Below, piece after piece: positions 32,684 to 41,497 of a stretch of 64,000 bases of DNA; positions within the stretch are counted from its first letter, which is position 1, and every line of letters begins with the position of its first letter. Location of the stretch: positions 588,093 through 652,092 of the forward strand of contig CBDDEC010000004.1 in assembly GCA_965226785.1 (NCBI GenBank), in the 5' to 3' direction. The notes under the pieces are model-generated. The model was not told the origin of the DNA. It was given only the letters and a program-made list of their open reading frames with translations, and did no database searches. The translations under genes and the position numbers were made by a program. This DNA comes from Dehalococcoidia bacterium (GTDB lineage: Bacteria; Chloroflexota; Dehalococcoidia; UBA2979).

Positions 32684-33876
32684 CAGTGTTCGCCCGCCAG
32701 GCTTAGCTCCTCGATCGCCTCGTTCGTCAGGCCCAACGCAGAGAGGACCTCGACGGTGTGCTCACCGACCAGCGGTGCCGGAGCCAGCGGAGCGAACGGC
32801 ATCCCGGATGCACGAATATAGTTGCTAGGCATGCGCACTGACGAGCCGTCAGGCAGAGCTTGGTCGGCGAAGTAGCCTCTCACGTTGAGGTGTTCTGCGC
32901 CGAGGACATCCTCGGCGGTCAAGACCGGGCTGATGGGGATCTGGTTCCGCTCGTTGCCCTCCTCAAAGAGTTCATCGCGCGTACGTTGCCGCATAAGTGG
33001 GTCGAATATCTCGTACAGTTCGTCGGCGTGCTCTATCCGAATCGCAGGGTTTGCGAACCGCGGATCTTCCAGCAGCGCATCCAATCCGAACATCGAACAA
33101 AGCCTTCGCCAGTGGTCGTCAGTCAGCAGGTTGATCCCGACGAATCCGTCCGCACATTTCATCACACCCGGAAAGGGGAGGTGGATACGCTGGGAAATGG
33201 CCCCGATATAGGAGAACCGCATCAGTCCCAGCGTCGCCGTCAGCAACTGGCTCCCCACCTGGCTAATATCAATCAGCTGCCCGAGGCGTTCCCGCCGGTT
33301 GGCTCGCAGAGGCGCCGCAAGCATCGCTGCTGCACACGCCCCGGTGAGAAGCTCGGAGGCTCTCCCTGGAGCCCGTAACGGTGGCCCATCTGTCGCGCCC
33401 CACCCGTACATCCCGCCCGCGATCGACTGGAACGCCAGGTCGTGGCCCTTCCAGTAGCGCCAAGGCCCGGTCATCCCGAAAGGCGTAATCCGAAGCCAAA
33501 CAAGCGCCGACAGGTCGGACCTCAGAGCGAGAATGGGGTCGTCATCAGGGTTGAGTGGACGGGAGTCGATCACTGCGTCTGCGCTGCGGAGCAGGATGTG
33601 GAGCGCTTCGCGACCCGACCGGGTCTCGACATCGAGTACTACGCTCCGCTTCCGAGCGTTCAGGAACGCGTGCATCCCGCTCAATGGAGGGCCAGTGGCG
33701 GACTGTTTGAGAGGCGGCAGGGACCGTGTGTCGTCGCCTCCGCTCGGCTCGACCTTGATGATGTCCGCGCCGAGGTCGGAGAAGAGCTTCCCGCAGAGAG
33801 CCCCGGCTATGCCACCACCGAGTTCTACGATGACGACCTCGGCATACGGACCGCTGTAAGATTCAGTGGTCATCAC
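32683..33876 (-). CDS. CaiB/BaiF family CoA-transferase
   Basis: VVIVELGGGIAGALCGKLFSDLGADIIKVEP. ATGA overlap with the upstream LLM gene. Confidence 0.75.
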   Translation of the reverse strand: MMTTESYSGPYAEVVIVELGGGIAGALCGKLFSDLGADIIKVEPSGGDDTRSLPPLKQSATGPPLSGMHAFLNARKRSVVLDVETRSGREALHILLRSADAVIDSRPLNPDDDPILALRSDLSALVWLRITPFGMTGPWRYWKGHDLAFQSIAGGMYGWGATDGPPLRAPGRASELLTGACAAAMLAAPLRANRRERLGQLIDISQVGSQLLTATLGLMRFSYIGAISQRIHLPFPGVMKCADGFVGINLLTDDHWRRLCSMFGLDALLEDPRFANPAIRIEHADELYEIFDPLMRQRTRDELFEEGNERNQIPISPVLTAEDVLGAEHLNVRGYFADQALPDGSSVRMPSNYIRASGMPFAPLAPAPLVGEHTVEVLSALGLTNEAIEELSLAGEH

Positions 33877-34883
33877 GTTCCGAACGTCTTTAGGATTCGG
33901 CGAATGTTCGCAGCTGCATCGGCGCGGGCGGGCCCGGCGGCATGCGAATACAAAATCGGGGTGACAACGCTCTGGAACCGCTCAACGCGATCGATGACGT
34001 CGCTCGCTGTGCCCGCAGCTGCGATGGTGTCGATCATTTCATCGGTGACAGCAGCTGCCAGCGCGTCCCAGTCGCCCGCGCTGAAAGCGTTTCGAATCGG
34101 CTGCTTTTGACTCGACCAGCCGTGCCAATCCAGCAGCTTCCCGTATGACTTGGTGCTCAAATAGTAGCCGATCTGATAAGCCGCTCGCTTGCGCGCCACC
34201 CCGCGATCTTTGTCAATCGAGGTGATGACCCAGCTCGTCAACCTGAAAGCGGCGTCACCCCGTCCGGCCTCATCCAGGCCCTGTTTCACCTTTGGTGCCG
34301 CAGCGCGCTCTAGGTACTCTGGCGAGAAACAGGGATGGCCGGCGAGTCCGTCGAACGTGCGACCGGCCGTCCGGAGCATATAGTCGTTAACCGCCGCCAA
34401 GTAGATCGGGATCGGCGGCTCGACGCGCGCTCGTTTTAGCGCGGGCCCGTCGAGCGTGACGTTGATGAAGGTCCCGCTGAAGTTAAAGGCGCCCGGTTCG
34501 GCGTAAGCCCAAACCTGCCTAAGGAACTCGCAGAGCTCGGCCACACGCGGAGCGGGGTGGTCGAATTCCTCGCCGAGTTGGTAGAGGTTCTGACGCTTCG
34601 TACCGGTGCCAAGGCCAAGGATGAAGCGCCCATCAGTCAACGATTGGAGGTTGGCGGCAGCCGTCGCCAGAGTCAGAGGTGAGCGAGCGAAGGCGCGAGC
34701 GATCCCGGTCCCAAGTGTGGCGCGCCGCACGACGTGGGCGATTGAGGCGAGGGCGACGAAAGCGTCGCCGTCCTCCACCCAGATGGAGTCTAGGCCGCCG
34801 CGGTCGGCGATCTCCGCCAGCCGGATTCGTTCGCGCACGTCAACATGGGCCAACGAAACCCCTAGCGGTTGTCCTGCATCCAT
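33873..34883 (-). CDS. LLM-class flavin/F420-dependent oxidoreductase
   Basis: Luciferase-like TIM-barrel motifs (LGLGTGT, IYLAA). 336 aa. Confidence 0.7.
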   Translation of the reverse strand: MDAGQPLGVSLAHVDVRERIRLAEIADRGGLDSIWVEDGDAFVALASIAHVVRRATLGTGIARAFARSPLTLATAAANLQSLTDGRFILGLGTGTKRQNLYQLGEEFDHPAPRVAELCEFLRQVWAYAEPGAFNFSGTFINVTLDGPALKRARVEPPIPIYLAAVNDYMLRTAGRTFDGLAGHPCFSPEYLERAAAPKVKQGLDEAGRGDAAFRLTSWVITSIDKDRGVARKRAAYQIGYYLSTKSYGKLLDWHGWSSQKQPIRNAFSAGDWDALAAAVTDEMIDTIAAAGTASDVIDRVERFQSVVTPILYSHAAGPARADAAANIRRILKTFGT

Positions 34884-35346
34884 GAGAATCCTCTTCGAAC
34901 CGATCGTCGCAGCGAGCTTGTGCCTGTGTGGCCGATCTCGGCCATGTACCGATGCAGGCGGGCGGCGGACTGAAGACGCCTACTACCATAACGGCGCGCC
35001 GGCCCAATACGACCCACTCTCTCAGCGCTGTGTGTGCCGCTTCTCCTCCCAGGCCCACCCCTACATGTTGACGCGGATGTTAGCCTTCGCCGCGGAACGT
35101 GCTCGGTAAGGATATCGCGGACAGCGCGTCGCCACGGTGATCACCGCCGTCGAGGACCGCGAGGTGCCGGGGCTGCACACGCTGTTGCATCGCGACTTCC
35201 CGGAGATCACGATGCCGATGCCGGCCCAGGCTTTCGGCATCGGCATCGACGAGGGCGGCGACGAGATGATGGACGTGCGCGTCCACGGCGCCGTGATGTT
35301 CGTGATGCCGCTGGACGAGCTGTTCCGCAGCTGACGCCGAGTCCGT

Positions 35347-36408
35347 TCAGGCGGTGCGGACGAGCTTGTTGAGCGACTTCAGCTCCCGCGGCGGATCGAG
35401 GCGGCTGCCGGCGTTGGTGTACGAGACCTCGCCGACGTAGACATCGCCGCGCGAGTCGACGGCCACGCTGTGCGGTGCGATGAACTGGCCGGCGTCACTG
35501 CCCTCCTCGACGGCGCCGAACCGCCCGAGGAGCGTGCCGGAGCGGTCGTACACGCTCACGCGGTGGCCGATCCCGAGCGCGCCATCCATCAGCGCCACGC
35601 CGTTGAGCTCGCCGATGTAGACGAGACCGTCCTGCCCGACGGTGAGTCCGCACGGCCGGTGGACATCGTGCCAGACGTCGAGAAGCGTGCCCTCGCCGTC
35701 GAACACCTGGACGCGGAGCGCCTCGCGGTCGGCGACGTAGAGGCGGTCGTCGGCGTCGATGCTGATGTTGTGCGGGCACATGAACTGCCCTCGGTCGATG
35801 CCGGGCGAGCCCCAGGAGTGCAGCAACTCGCCCTCGGCCGAGTAGTGGTGCACGCGCGCGTTGCCGTAACCGTCGCTGATGTACAGGCTGCCGTCCGAGG
35901 CGACGGCAACGTCGGTCGGGCGGTTGAACGGCTCACCGCTGAACTTCTCGGCGGGCTCATCGGGGCGACCAATCGTCAGCAGCAGCTCACCCTCGGGCGC
36001 CCACTTCGTCACGGTGTGGCGGCCGTCGTCGACGCAGAACACGGAGCCATCGGGCGCGATGGTGATCGCGTGCGTGCGTGCGCTAAAGGTGCCCGCGCCG
36101 AACGTGCGGACGAAGCTACCGTCCGAGTCGAAGACCAGCACCGGGTTGTCCGTGTTGCGGGTGAGTGCGAAGAGCCGGTCGTCCGCGTCAACGGCGACGC
36201 CAGGCGTCTCGTGCAGCGTCATCCCGTCGGGCAGCTGATGCCAATCGATCTGCGCCTCGAACGCGGGCGCGGCCTGGGTCGTGGTGGTCATGGTGCGACT
36301 CCCCTCGATGGTCGAGGCAGCGATGATACGTCGCTTGGCGGGGCTGGGCAGCGCTTGACGCGAGCGTGCCGGCTCGACAGCCTGCGCAGCGAGAGCAGAT
36401 ACGACCAA
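35347..36408 (-). CDS. NHL-repeat beta-propeller protein
   Basis: Paralog of 20191..21225 (SDGYGN, VADREALRVQVFD). Start uncertain (possibly ATG at 36291). Confidence 0.65.
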   Translation of the reverse strand: MVVSALAAQAVEPARSRQALPSPAKRRIIAASTIEGSRTMTTTTQAAPAFEAQIDWHQLPDGMTLHETPGVAVDADDRLFALTRNTDNPVLVFDSDGSFVRTFGAGTFSARTHAITIAPDGSVFCVDDGRHTVTKWAPEGELLLTIGRPDEPAEKFSGEPFNRPTDVAVASDGSLYISDGYGNARVHHYSAEGELLHSWGSPGIDRGQFMCPHNISIDADDRLYVADREALRVQVFDGEGTLLDVWHDVHRPCGLTVGQDGLVYIGELNGVALMDGALGIGHRVSVYDRSGTLLGRFGAVEEGSDAGQFIAPHSVAVDSRGDVYVGEVSYTNAGSRLDPPRELKSLNKLVRTA

Positions 36409-36660
36409 GGTGCGACGAGGCGAGGTGCGGCGCGCAGATCACTGGCATCGAGACGTTTGTGGTGGACGCGGGATGGCGGCCGTGGGCCTTCGTCGCCGTC
36501 CGCACCGACGAGGGGATCACGGGCTACGGCGAGTGCTCGGACGGTCGCAATCCCTTCGGCATCGTCGGCGCGATCACTGACTTCGAGCCGATCGTCCTCG
36601 GGCGCGACCCGCGGGTGGTCGAGGCGATCTACTGGGACCTCTACCGCGTCGGACGCCAGA
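36366..36660 (+). pseudogene. enolase-superfamily (mandelate racemase/muconate lactonizing enzyme) N-terminal fragment
   Basis: ITGIETFVVDAGWRPWAFVAVRTDEGITGYGEC...AIYWDLYR matches the MR/MLE N-terminal capping domain. Similarity ends after about 95 aa. An overlapping minus-strand gene occupies the rest. Confidence 0.55.
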
Positions 36661-37174
36661 GCCCCGGCGGGCGACCCTCCGGCCGGTCGGTGCCGCGCTC
36701 GCCGCACACAGTGCAGAGATAGGCCTCTGACTCCAGCAGCTCCCCCTCGGCGCGCGAGCACTCCGCACAGATGCCCTCGGTGAGCATGGTCCGCCCGCAG
36801 CGCTCGCACTCGTACCGCGGCTGCGTGAGGTCCTTCAGGTCGCCGAGCTCGAGGGCCTGGAAGGCGTGTTGCATGGTCGCCTCTATGACCTTAGGGGCGT
36901 GCCACCCTCTTGCCCGGAACTTCTCTATCAGCTCTCGCGCCGTCCAGCCCTCGCGCAGCTCGAACACGGGGTCGGCGTCCGTGCCGGCGACGAGCCGGAT
37001 GGAATCGCCATCGCTGTTGCTGATATCCGCGGCGAGCCCGGACTGTACCGGCTCCGGCCTGGCGGCCTCCTCGGCCTCCTCGGCGGTCGCCAGGCGCCAG
37101 TGCTCCCAGCCGTAGCGGACCTTGCCGTCCACGCGCATTTTCTTGAGCGCTGGCAGCTTCGGGTGGAGCTGCAC
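36641..37174 (-). CDS. hypothetical protein with C-terminal CxxC zinc-ribbon motifs
   Basis: 177 aa. Motifs CERCGR...CAEC...CTVCGERG. Confidence 0.4.
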   Translation of the reverse strand: MQLHPKLPALKKMRVDGKVRYGWEHWRLATAEEAEEAARPEPVQSGLAADISNSDGDSIRLVAGTDADPVFELREGWTARELIEKFRARGWHAPKVIEATMQHAFQALELGDLKDLTQPRYECERCGRTMLTEGICAECSRAEGELLESEAYLCTVCGERGTDRPEGRPPGLWRPTR

Positions 37175-37175
37175 G

Positions 37176-37830
37176 ATGACCGTGCTTTACCTCGGCGTCG
37201 TGATCTCGGTGTTGACGCTCCCGGCGTCGCGGCCGACGCAGGTGGTGGTGGGCCGGTCGGTGTTTGGCGACATGCTCGCCGGGTGGCGCTACGTCATACG
37301 CCAGCCACGCCTGCGCACGATGATCCTGCTCTTCTACTGCATGATCATGCTCGGTCTGTCTTCGACCACCGCCTTCCCTGGCCTGGTCGAGAACGAACTC
37401 GGGCGCAGGGTCGAGGACATCGGCGTGATGTCTCGGTGAGCGCGGTCGGCGGCCTGCTCGCGAGCGTCTTCGTCGCTCCGATCGCCGGTTCGAGGCGTGC
37501 GCTGCCGGTCTACGCGGCTGGCGGCGTCCTCACCGGGCTGTCGTTGGTGCTCGTCGGCCTGACGCCGACGTTCCTGCTGGTCTTCGGACCGATGTTCCTG
37601 ATGGGCCTGGGCACGGGCGCATTCCAGACACTCAACAGCGCCGTGATCGTCACCGAGTCGGCGCCGCAGTACTACGGCCGCGTCATCTCACAGACCTCGA
37701 TGGCGTTTGGAGCGTTCATGCTCGCCTCGCTGCCGGTCGGCCTCGCTGCCGGTCGGCCTCGCGGCCGACGCGTTCGGCGAGCGGGCGACACTGATCGTGA
37801 TCGGACTGCTGATCATCCCGTGGGGCGGCA
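37176..37830 (+). pseudogene. MFS transporter pseudogene (5'-truncated, frameshifted)
   Basis: Two frames carry segments homologous to residues about 170-430 of MFS gene 1336..2631 (YVIRQPRLRTMILLF, FPGLVENELG, ESAPQYYGRVISQT). A 16-bp tandem duplication tcgctgccggtcggcc x2 at 37721..37752 shifts the frame. Confidence 0.65.
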
Positions 37831-37916
37831 ATATTCCATCCAGTCCATGATTTCAGCTTTTCGGAGTCAGCGGCGCGCCTCGCGGATACGGCGGATGAGG
37901 TTTTCGTGCCCCACAG
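37829..37916. repeat. MITE-like ~90-bp repeat element A, copy 1 (terminal inverted repeats CGTGGGGC / GCCCCACAG)
   Basis: Near-identical copies at 53626..53723 and 56495..56592. Imperfect TIRs. The internal GGCGCGCC palindrome is within a duplex-like region. Confidence 0.6.
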
Positions 37917-37921
37917 GGTGG

Positions 37922-39629
37922 GGGTGTGAGATCTCGGTACCCGCACGACAGAACGGCTCCGGTACGTGCACGACATGTGGTGCAGGGTACTAGGCTGCAT
38001 TGATCCGGTCCGGCCTGCCACCTGGGTTCGCAAAGGCACCATGCTCCTTCCTGCGGTCGTGTCTGGCCGCGTGCGTACGAATGATTCGGTCATCGCTCCA
38101 GATCGGCACCGTGTCGCCTGCCAGGGAGACCTCCACCTGGCGTCCCCGGAACGCGTTGCCGACGCGGTAGTTGGCGCCCGCGAAGCTCACCGAGCCGTTG
38201 CGGTCGACCTTGCGGACGACCACCCGGTCCGAGGCCGGACGCTTCGGCGCCGCGGCGAGCGCCTGCTTCAGCACCCGCTCCTCCTGCTCAGGGAGGTGCC
38301 GCCGGGCGTGCGTCGCCACGAGCACCGCGTCGTGGAAGACCTCCACGAGACCGTCGTGACAGACGAGTTCGACGGACTGTCCGGCGAGGTAGCGGCCGAC
38401 GTGGTACTTGAAGTTGAGCAGGCTCACCTTGCCGTCCACGAGCACCCGCCGGAGCAGGCGCGGGGCCGGTGGACCGGGCTCACCCTCCGGGGCTGTTGCC
38501 ACCGGCTCCGACTCCTCAAGGGGCGTCGGATGCGCGGTGGCGAAGCGCTCGGCCGGGGGCCGGTTGCCGAGGCTCTGGTGCTCGCGGCAGTGGTTGTAGT
38601 CGTGCACCCAGGCGTCGATCGCTGCCTGCGCCTCGGCGATCGACGCGAAGACCTTGCCGTCCAGGGACTCCCGCTTCAGCGTCTTGTGGAAGCGCTCGAC
38701 CTTGCCGGTGGTGGTCGGTGACGCAGGCGCGGTCAGCAGGTGGCGGATGCCGTGCTCGCGGCAGATCCGGTCGAAGCGCACCTCGCTCTGGCGCGGCCCG
38801 AAGCGGCCGGTGAAGACCTTGCCGTTGTCGGAGAGGATCGCCTCCGGCACGCCGTGACGGCGCATTGCCTCCAGCAGGGCGTCGCAGACCGGCCGGGCGG
38901 TGGCGCGTGCGACGACCTTCGCCGAGACGCAGAACCGCGAGTGGTCGTCGATGCCCGTCACGATCGAGGGGCGCGAGCCATCCTGTAGCCGCACCCCGAG
39001 CGTAATGTCCATCTGCCAGAGCTCCATCGCCCGCGAGCGCTCCCAGCGCTTGTAGTCGCTGGGCCGCCTGCGCCGTCGCTTGGGGTCGATGAGCTGGTGG
39101 CGGACGAGCGCCCGGTAGATGCCGGACCGAGAGGGGAGAGGCGAGACGCCGGCGCGGGCAAGCCTGCTCAGGATCGTGCGCGGCCCCCAGCCGCGGTGCT
39201 GTCGTCTCATCTCGACGACGCGGGCCTCGACCGCCGGCGGCATCTGGTGCGGGCAGTTGCTGGGGCGTGAACTACGGTCGGCGAGCCCCGGGAGTCCTTC
39301 GGCCGCGTAGCGCCGCAGCCACGTGTGCACCGTCTGCCGCCCGACGCCGTAGCGACGCGCGACGTCGGTGACGCTCGCGGCTCCGTCGAGTACCTCGAGC
39401 ACCGCCCTATACCGCTGTTCCACGAGCCCCAACTCCACCAGCATGGCGGCCTCCTCCGCTGCGGACGGGATCGTCCACCGGGAGGGGCCCTCGAGCAGGA
39501 CCAGGAAGAGCAGCCAGGTGTCGCCCGGCTACCGGAGCCAGTGTCGCCTGCGTACCGGAGCCGCGTCCGCGAAGTGTCGTGCAGGTACCGGCGCCAGGGT
39601 GTCGCCTAGCTACCGGAACCTCACACACT
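37922..39629 (-). mobile_element. IS481-family insertion sequence (type 2), ~1.7 kb, with subterminal repeated motifs
   Basis: Ends are inverted: both read (GTGTCGYSNNGTACCGGNGCC)xN...CTCACAC outward. There are four direct copies of the ~22-bp motif at 39520..39615 and two at 37930..37985. A solo right-end copy lies at 56775..56841. Confidence 0.65.
37990..39444 (-). CDS. IS481-family DDE transposase (484 aa)
   Basis: N-terminal HTH (VTDVARRYGVGRQTVHTWLRRY). DDE core MELWQMDITL...ILSDNGKVF...HNHCREHQSLG. Long C-terminal extension. Confidence 0.75.
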   Translation of the reverse strand: MLVELGLVEQRYRAVLEVLDGAASVTDVARRYGVGRQTVHTWLRRYAAEGLPGLADRSSRPSNCPHQMPPAVEARVVEMRRQHRGWGPRTILSRLARAGVSPLPSRSGIYRALVRHQLIDPKRRRRRPSDYKRWERSRAMELWQMDITLGVRLQDGSRPSIVTGIDDHSRFCVSAKVVARATARPVCDALLEAMRRHGVPEAILSDNGKVFTGRFGPRQSEVRFDRICREHGIRHLLTAPASPTTTGKVERFHKTLKRESLDGKVFASIAEAQAAIDAWVHDYNHCREHQSLGNRPPAERFATAHPTPLEESEPVATAPEGEPGPPAPRLLRRVLVDGKVSLLNFKYHVGRYLAGQSVELVCHDGLVEVFHDAVLVATHARRHLPEQEERVLKQALAAAPKRPASDRVVVRKVDRNGSVSFAGANYRVGNAFRGRQVEVSLAGDTVPIWSDDRIIRTHAARHDRRKEHGAFANPGGRPDRINAA

Positions 39630-39648
39630 CCATGCAAGTGGCGAAGTC

Positions 39649-39696
39649 TGGAGCGGGAGAAGGGATTCGAACCCTCGACCCTCTGCTTGGGAAGCA
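39649..39696 (-). other. tRNA 3'-terminal fragment (T-arm + acceptor 3' strand + CCA); candidate integration att site remnant
   Basis: Minus strand reads ...GGGTCGAGGGTTCGAATCCCTTCTCCCGCTCCA, i.e. T-stem GAGGG/CCCTT, T-loop TTCGAAT, acceptor 3' strand, discriminator and CCA. No complementary 5' acceptor strand or D-arm was found within 130 nt. Adjacent to a tyrosine integrase. Confidence 0.55.
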
Positions 39697-39800
39697 CGCT
39701 GGTTGCCGCAGCAGGCGACATAACTCAGATGTGAGACTGCAGGGAAACTGCAGGGGAATCGCAGGTCAGGGGCCCGCTCGGTGCCGCTTCTGAGGCGGGC

Positions 39801-40727
39801 TCAGCGAGACACCGGGCCGATCATCTGGTCGCCCGGGGAGAAGCGATGGTGGCGTGTTGCCGCCTGCTCCGAGCGGTAGGCCGAGCTGTAGCGACGCACC
39901 ATGTCGGGCGAGGAGTGTCCGAGCAGGTACTGCACGTCGAGTTCGCGGGCATCGTGTGCGATGGCCCACGTCGCGAATGTGTGGCGGAAGCGATGCGCGT
40001 GCACTTTCGCCACTTCTGCGCGACGACCCAGGCGGCGGAGCATCTGCTTGAGCCCGTTCGGTCGGAGCGCGGTCGCTGGCTTCAACTCACCAAGGTGGCT
40101 GGCCGCTACGAAGAGCGGACCCGGAGCCGTTCCCCGCCGCTCGAGGTAGCGCTCCAGCGCGGCGCCACAGTGCGCTGCAAAGGGCACCACGCGCTGCTTG
40201 TTGCCCTTGCCGTGGCGTACGCGCAGCCGGCGCGTCTCGAGGTCGAGGTCATCGAGCGTCAGCTGAACGAGCTCTGAGCATCGCAGGCCAGTGTCGAGTA
40301 AGCACAGCACCATCGCACGATCCCGCAGCCCGAGCGCGGTGGCTGAATCGCACCCCGCCATCAGCTGCGCGATGTCGGCTGGCGAGAACGGCTCGACAAT
40401 GCGCTGTGGCAGCCGGACGTTCTTGATCCCCCGGAACGGGTTGTCTTGGAGGTGGCGAGCGTCGACGAGCCAGTTGAAGAAGCAGCGGACCTCGCGGAAG
40501 TAGCGGTGTCGAGTCTCAAGGCTGAGGTGAGAGAAGCCGCCCAAATAGCGGTAGACGTCTTCCGGCGTGACCGCCGCCGCGTCGGCGACCGTCACTGCGC
40601 GGGCGAAGCGATTCAGTGACTCTCGGTATGCGCGCACCGTCTGCGCGGACTTGCCCTCGACCTCACAGCGCAGGAGGTACAGCGCGCTTAGCTCGGTGAG
40701 GGAGGGGCTCGCGTTCATCACGAGCAT
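39801..40727 (-). CDS. tyrosine-type site-specific recombinase/integrase (Xer/phage-integrase family)
   Basis: C-terminal catalytic motifs ...HRFRHTFATWAI...LLGHSSPDMVRRY. N-terminal SAM-like domain. Start at ATG 40727; the ORF is open to a TTG at 40754. Confidence 0.8.
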   Translation of the reverse strand: MLVMNASPSLTELSALYLLRCEVEGKSAQTVRAYRESLNRFARAVTVADAAAVTPEDVYRYLGGFSHLSLETRHRYFREVRCFFNWLVDARHLQDNPFRGIKNVRLPQRIVEPFSPADIAQLMAGCDSATALGLRDRAMVLCLLDTGLRCSELVQLTLDDLDLETRRLRVRHGKGNKQRVVPFAAHCGAALERYLERRGTAPGPLFVAASHLGELKPATALRPNGLKQMLRRLGRRAEVAKVHAHRFRHTFATWAIAHDARELDVQYLLGHSSPDMVRRYSSAYRSEQAATRHHRFSPGDQMIGPVSR

Positions 40728-40756
40728 GGACGCTCTCTCCCAGGCCGAAGTCAAGC

Positions 40757-41497
40757 GGTGCCGCGGCCATCCGCATCGTCGGCGAGCTGCGTGCGCTTGG
40801 CTTCGACGTCAGCGCTCGCACCGTGAGTCGTTACCGCCGGCAAGCGCTGCGGCGACCGCCGAGCCAGTCGTGGCGCACGTTTCTCCGCAACCACGCGTCC
40901 AGCATCTGGGCCGCCGATCTGTTCACGGTCCAGACGCTCGCCTTCCGCACGCTCTCCGTGCTCATCGTGATCGACCACGACCGGCGCCGCATCCGGCACT
41001 GGAACGTCACGGAGCATCCGAACGCGCCCTGGATCTGGCAGCAGATGATCGAGGCGACCGCCTGGGGTCAGCAGCCAGGGTTCCTCATCCGAGACCGCGA
41101 CCGTAGCTATGGCGGAGACTTCATCGCACGCGCTCGACGGCTCGGGATCGAGACGATTCTGACTCCGGTGCACGCGCCGAATGCCAACGCCATCGCCGAG
41201 CGCGTCATCGGCACGCTCAGGCGCGAGTGTCTCGACCATGTCATCGCGGTCAACGAACAACATCTCCGGCGGGTGCCTGGTGAGTACGTCCAGCACTACA
41301 ACGCGATGCGGCCGCATCGATCATTGGCGCTCGACTCTCCGGAGGGACGCTCGCCGGTGCAGCGGACGCCGAGTCAGCGAGTTGTCAGCAAGCCGGTGCT
41401 AGGAGGTTTGCATCATGAGTATCGGTGGGCCGCATCAGGTTTTGCCGACTTGTTTGAATCCGGCCAGACACCGGGGGTTGCGGCCCTAAGGTGTTGA
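40757..41497 (+). pseudogene. IS481-like (type 1) element copy D: 5'-truncated transposase, stop codon mutated, right IR interrupted by IS110
   Basis: Homologous to the transposase 51259..52338 from residue ~135 onward. Terminal GCATGAGGTTTTGCCGTCCCAC is altered to GCATCAGGTTTTGCCG|ACTTG. The remaining CCCACGG is found at about 42673. Confidence 0.7.

Noticed and set aside
35470-36783. 437-aa plus-strand ORF
   Set aside because: It is antisense to the NHL-repeat gene and the neighbouring region. It is Arg/Ala-rich with no domain signature, a high-GC artefact.
36866-37993. 375-aa plus-strand ORF
   Set aside because: It is a chimeric reading frame passing through sequence antisense to the zinc-ribbon gene, pieces of the MFS pseudogene, the MITE-like repeat and the IS end. 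It is not a gene.
39649-39780. Possible full-length tRNA or tmRNA on the minus strand
   Set aside because: Only the T-arm, acceptor 3' strand and CCA are recognisable. No complementary 5' acceptor strand (GCGGGAG) or D-arm is found within 130 nt, and the integrase gene ends too close for a tmRNA. It is treated as an att-site fragment.
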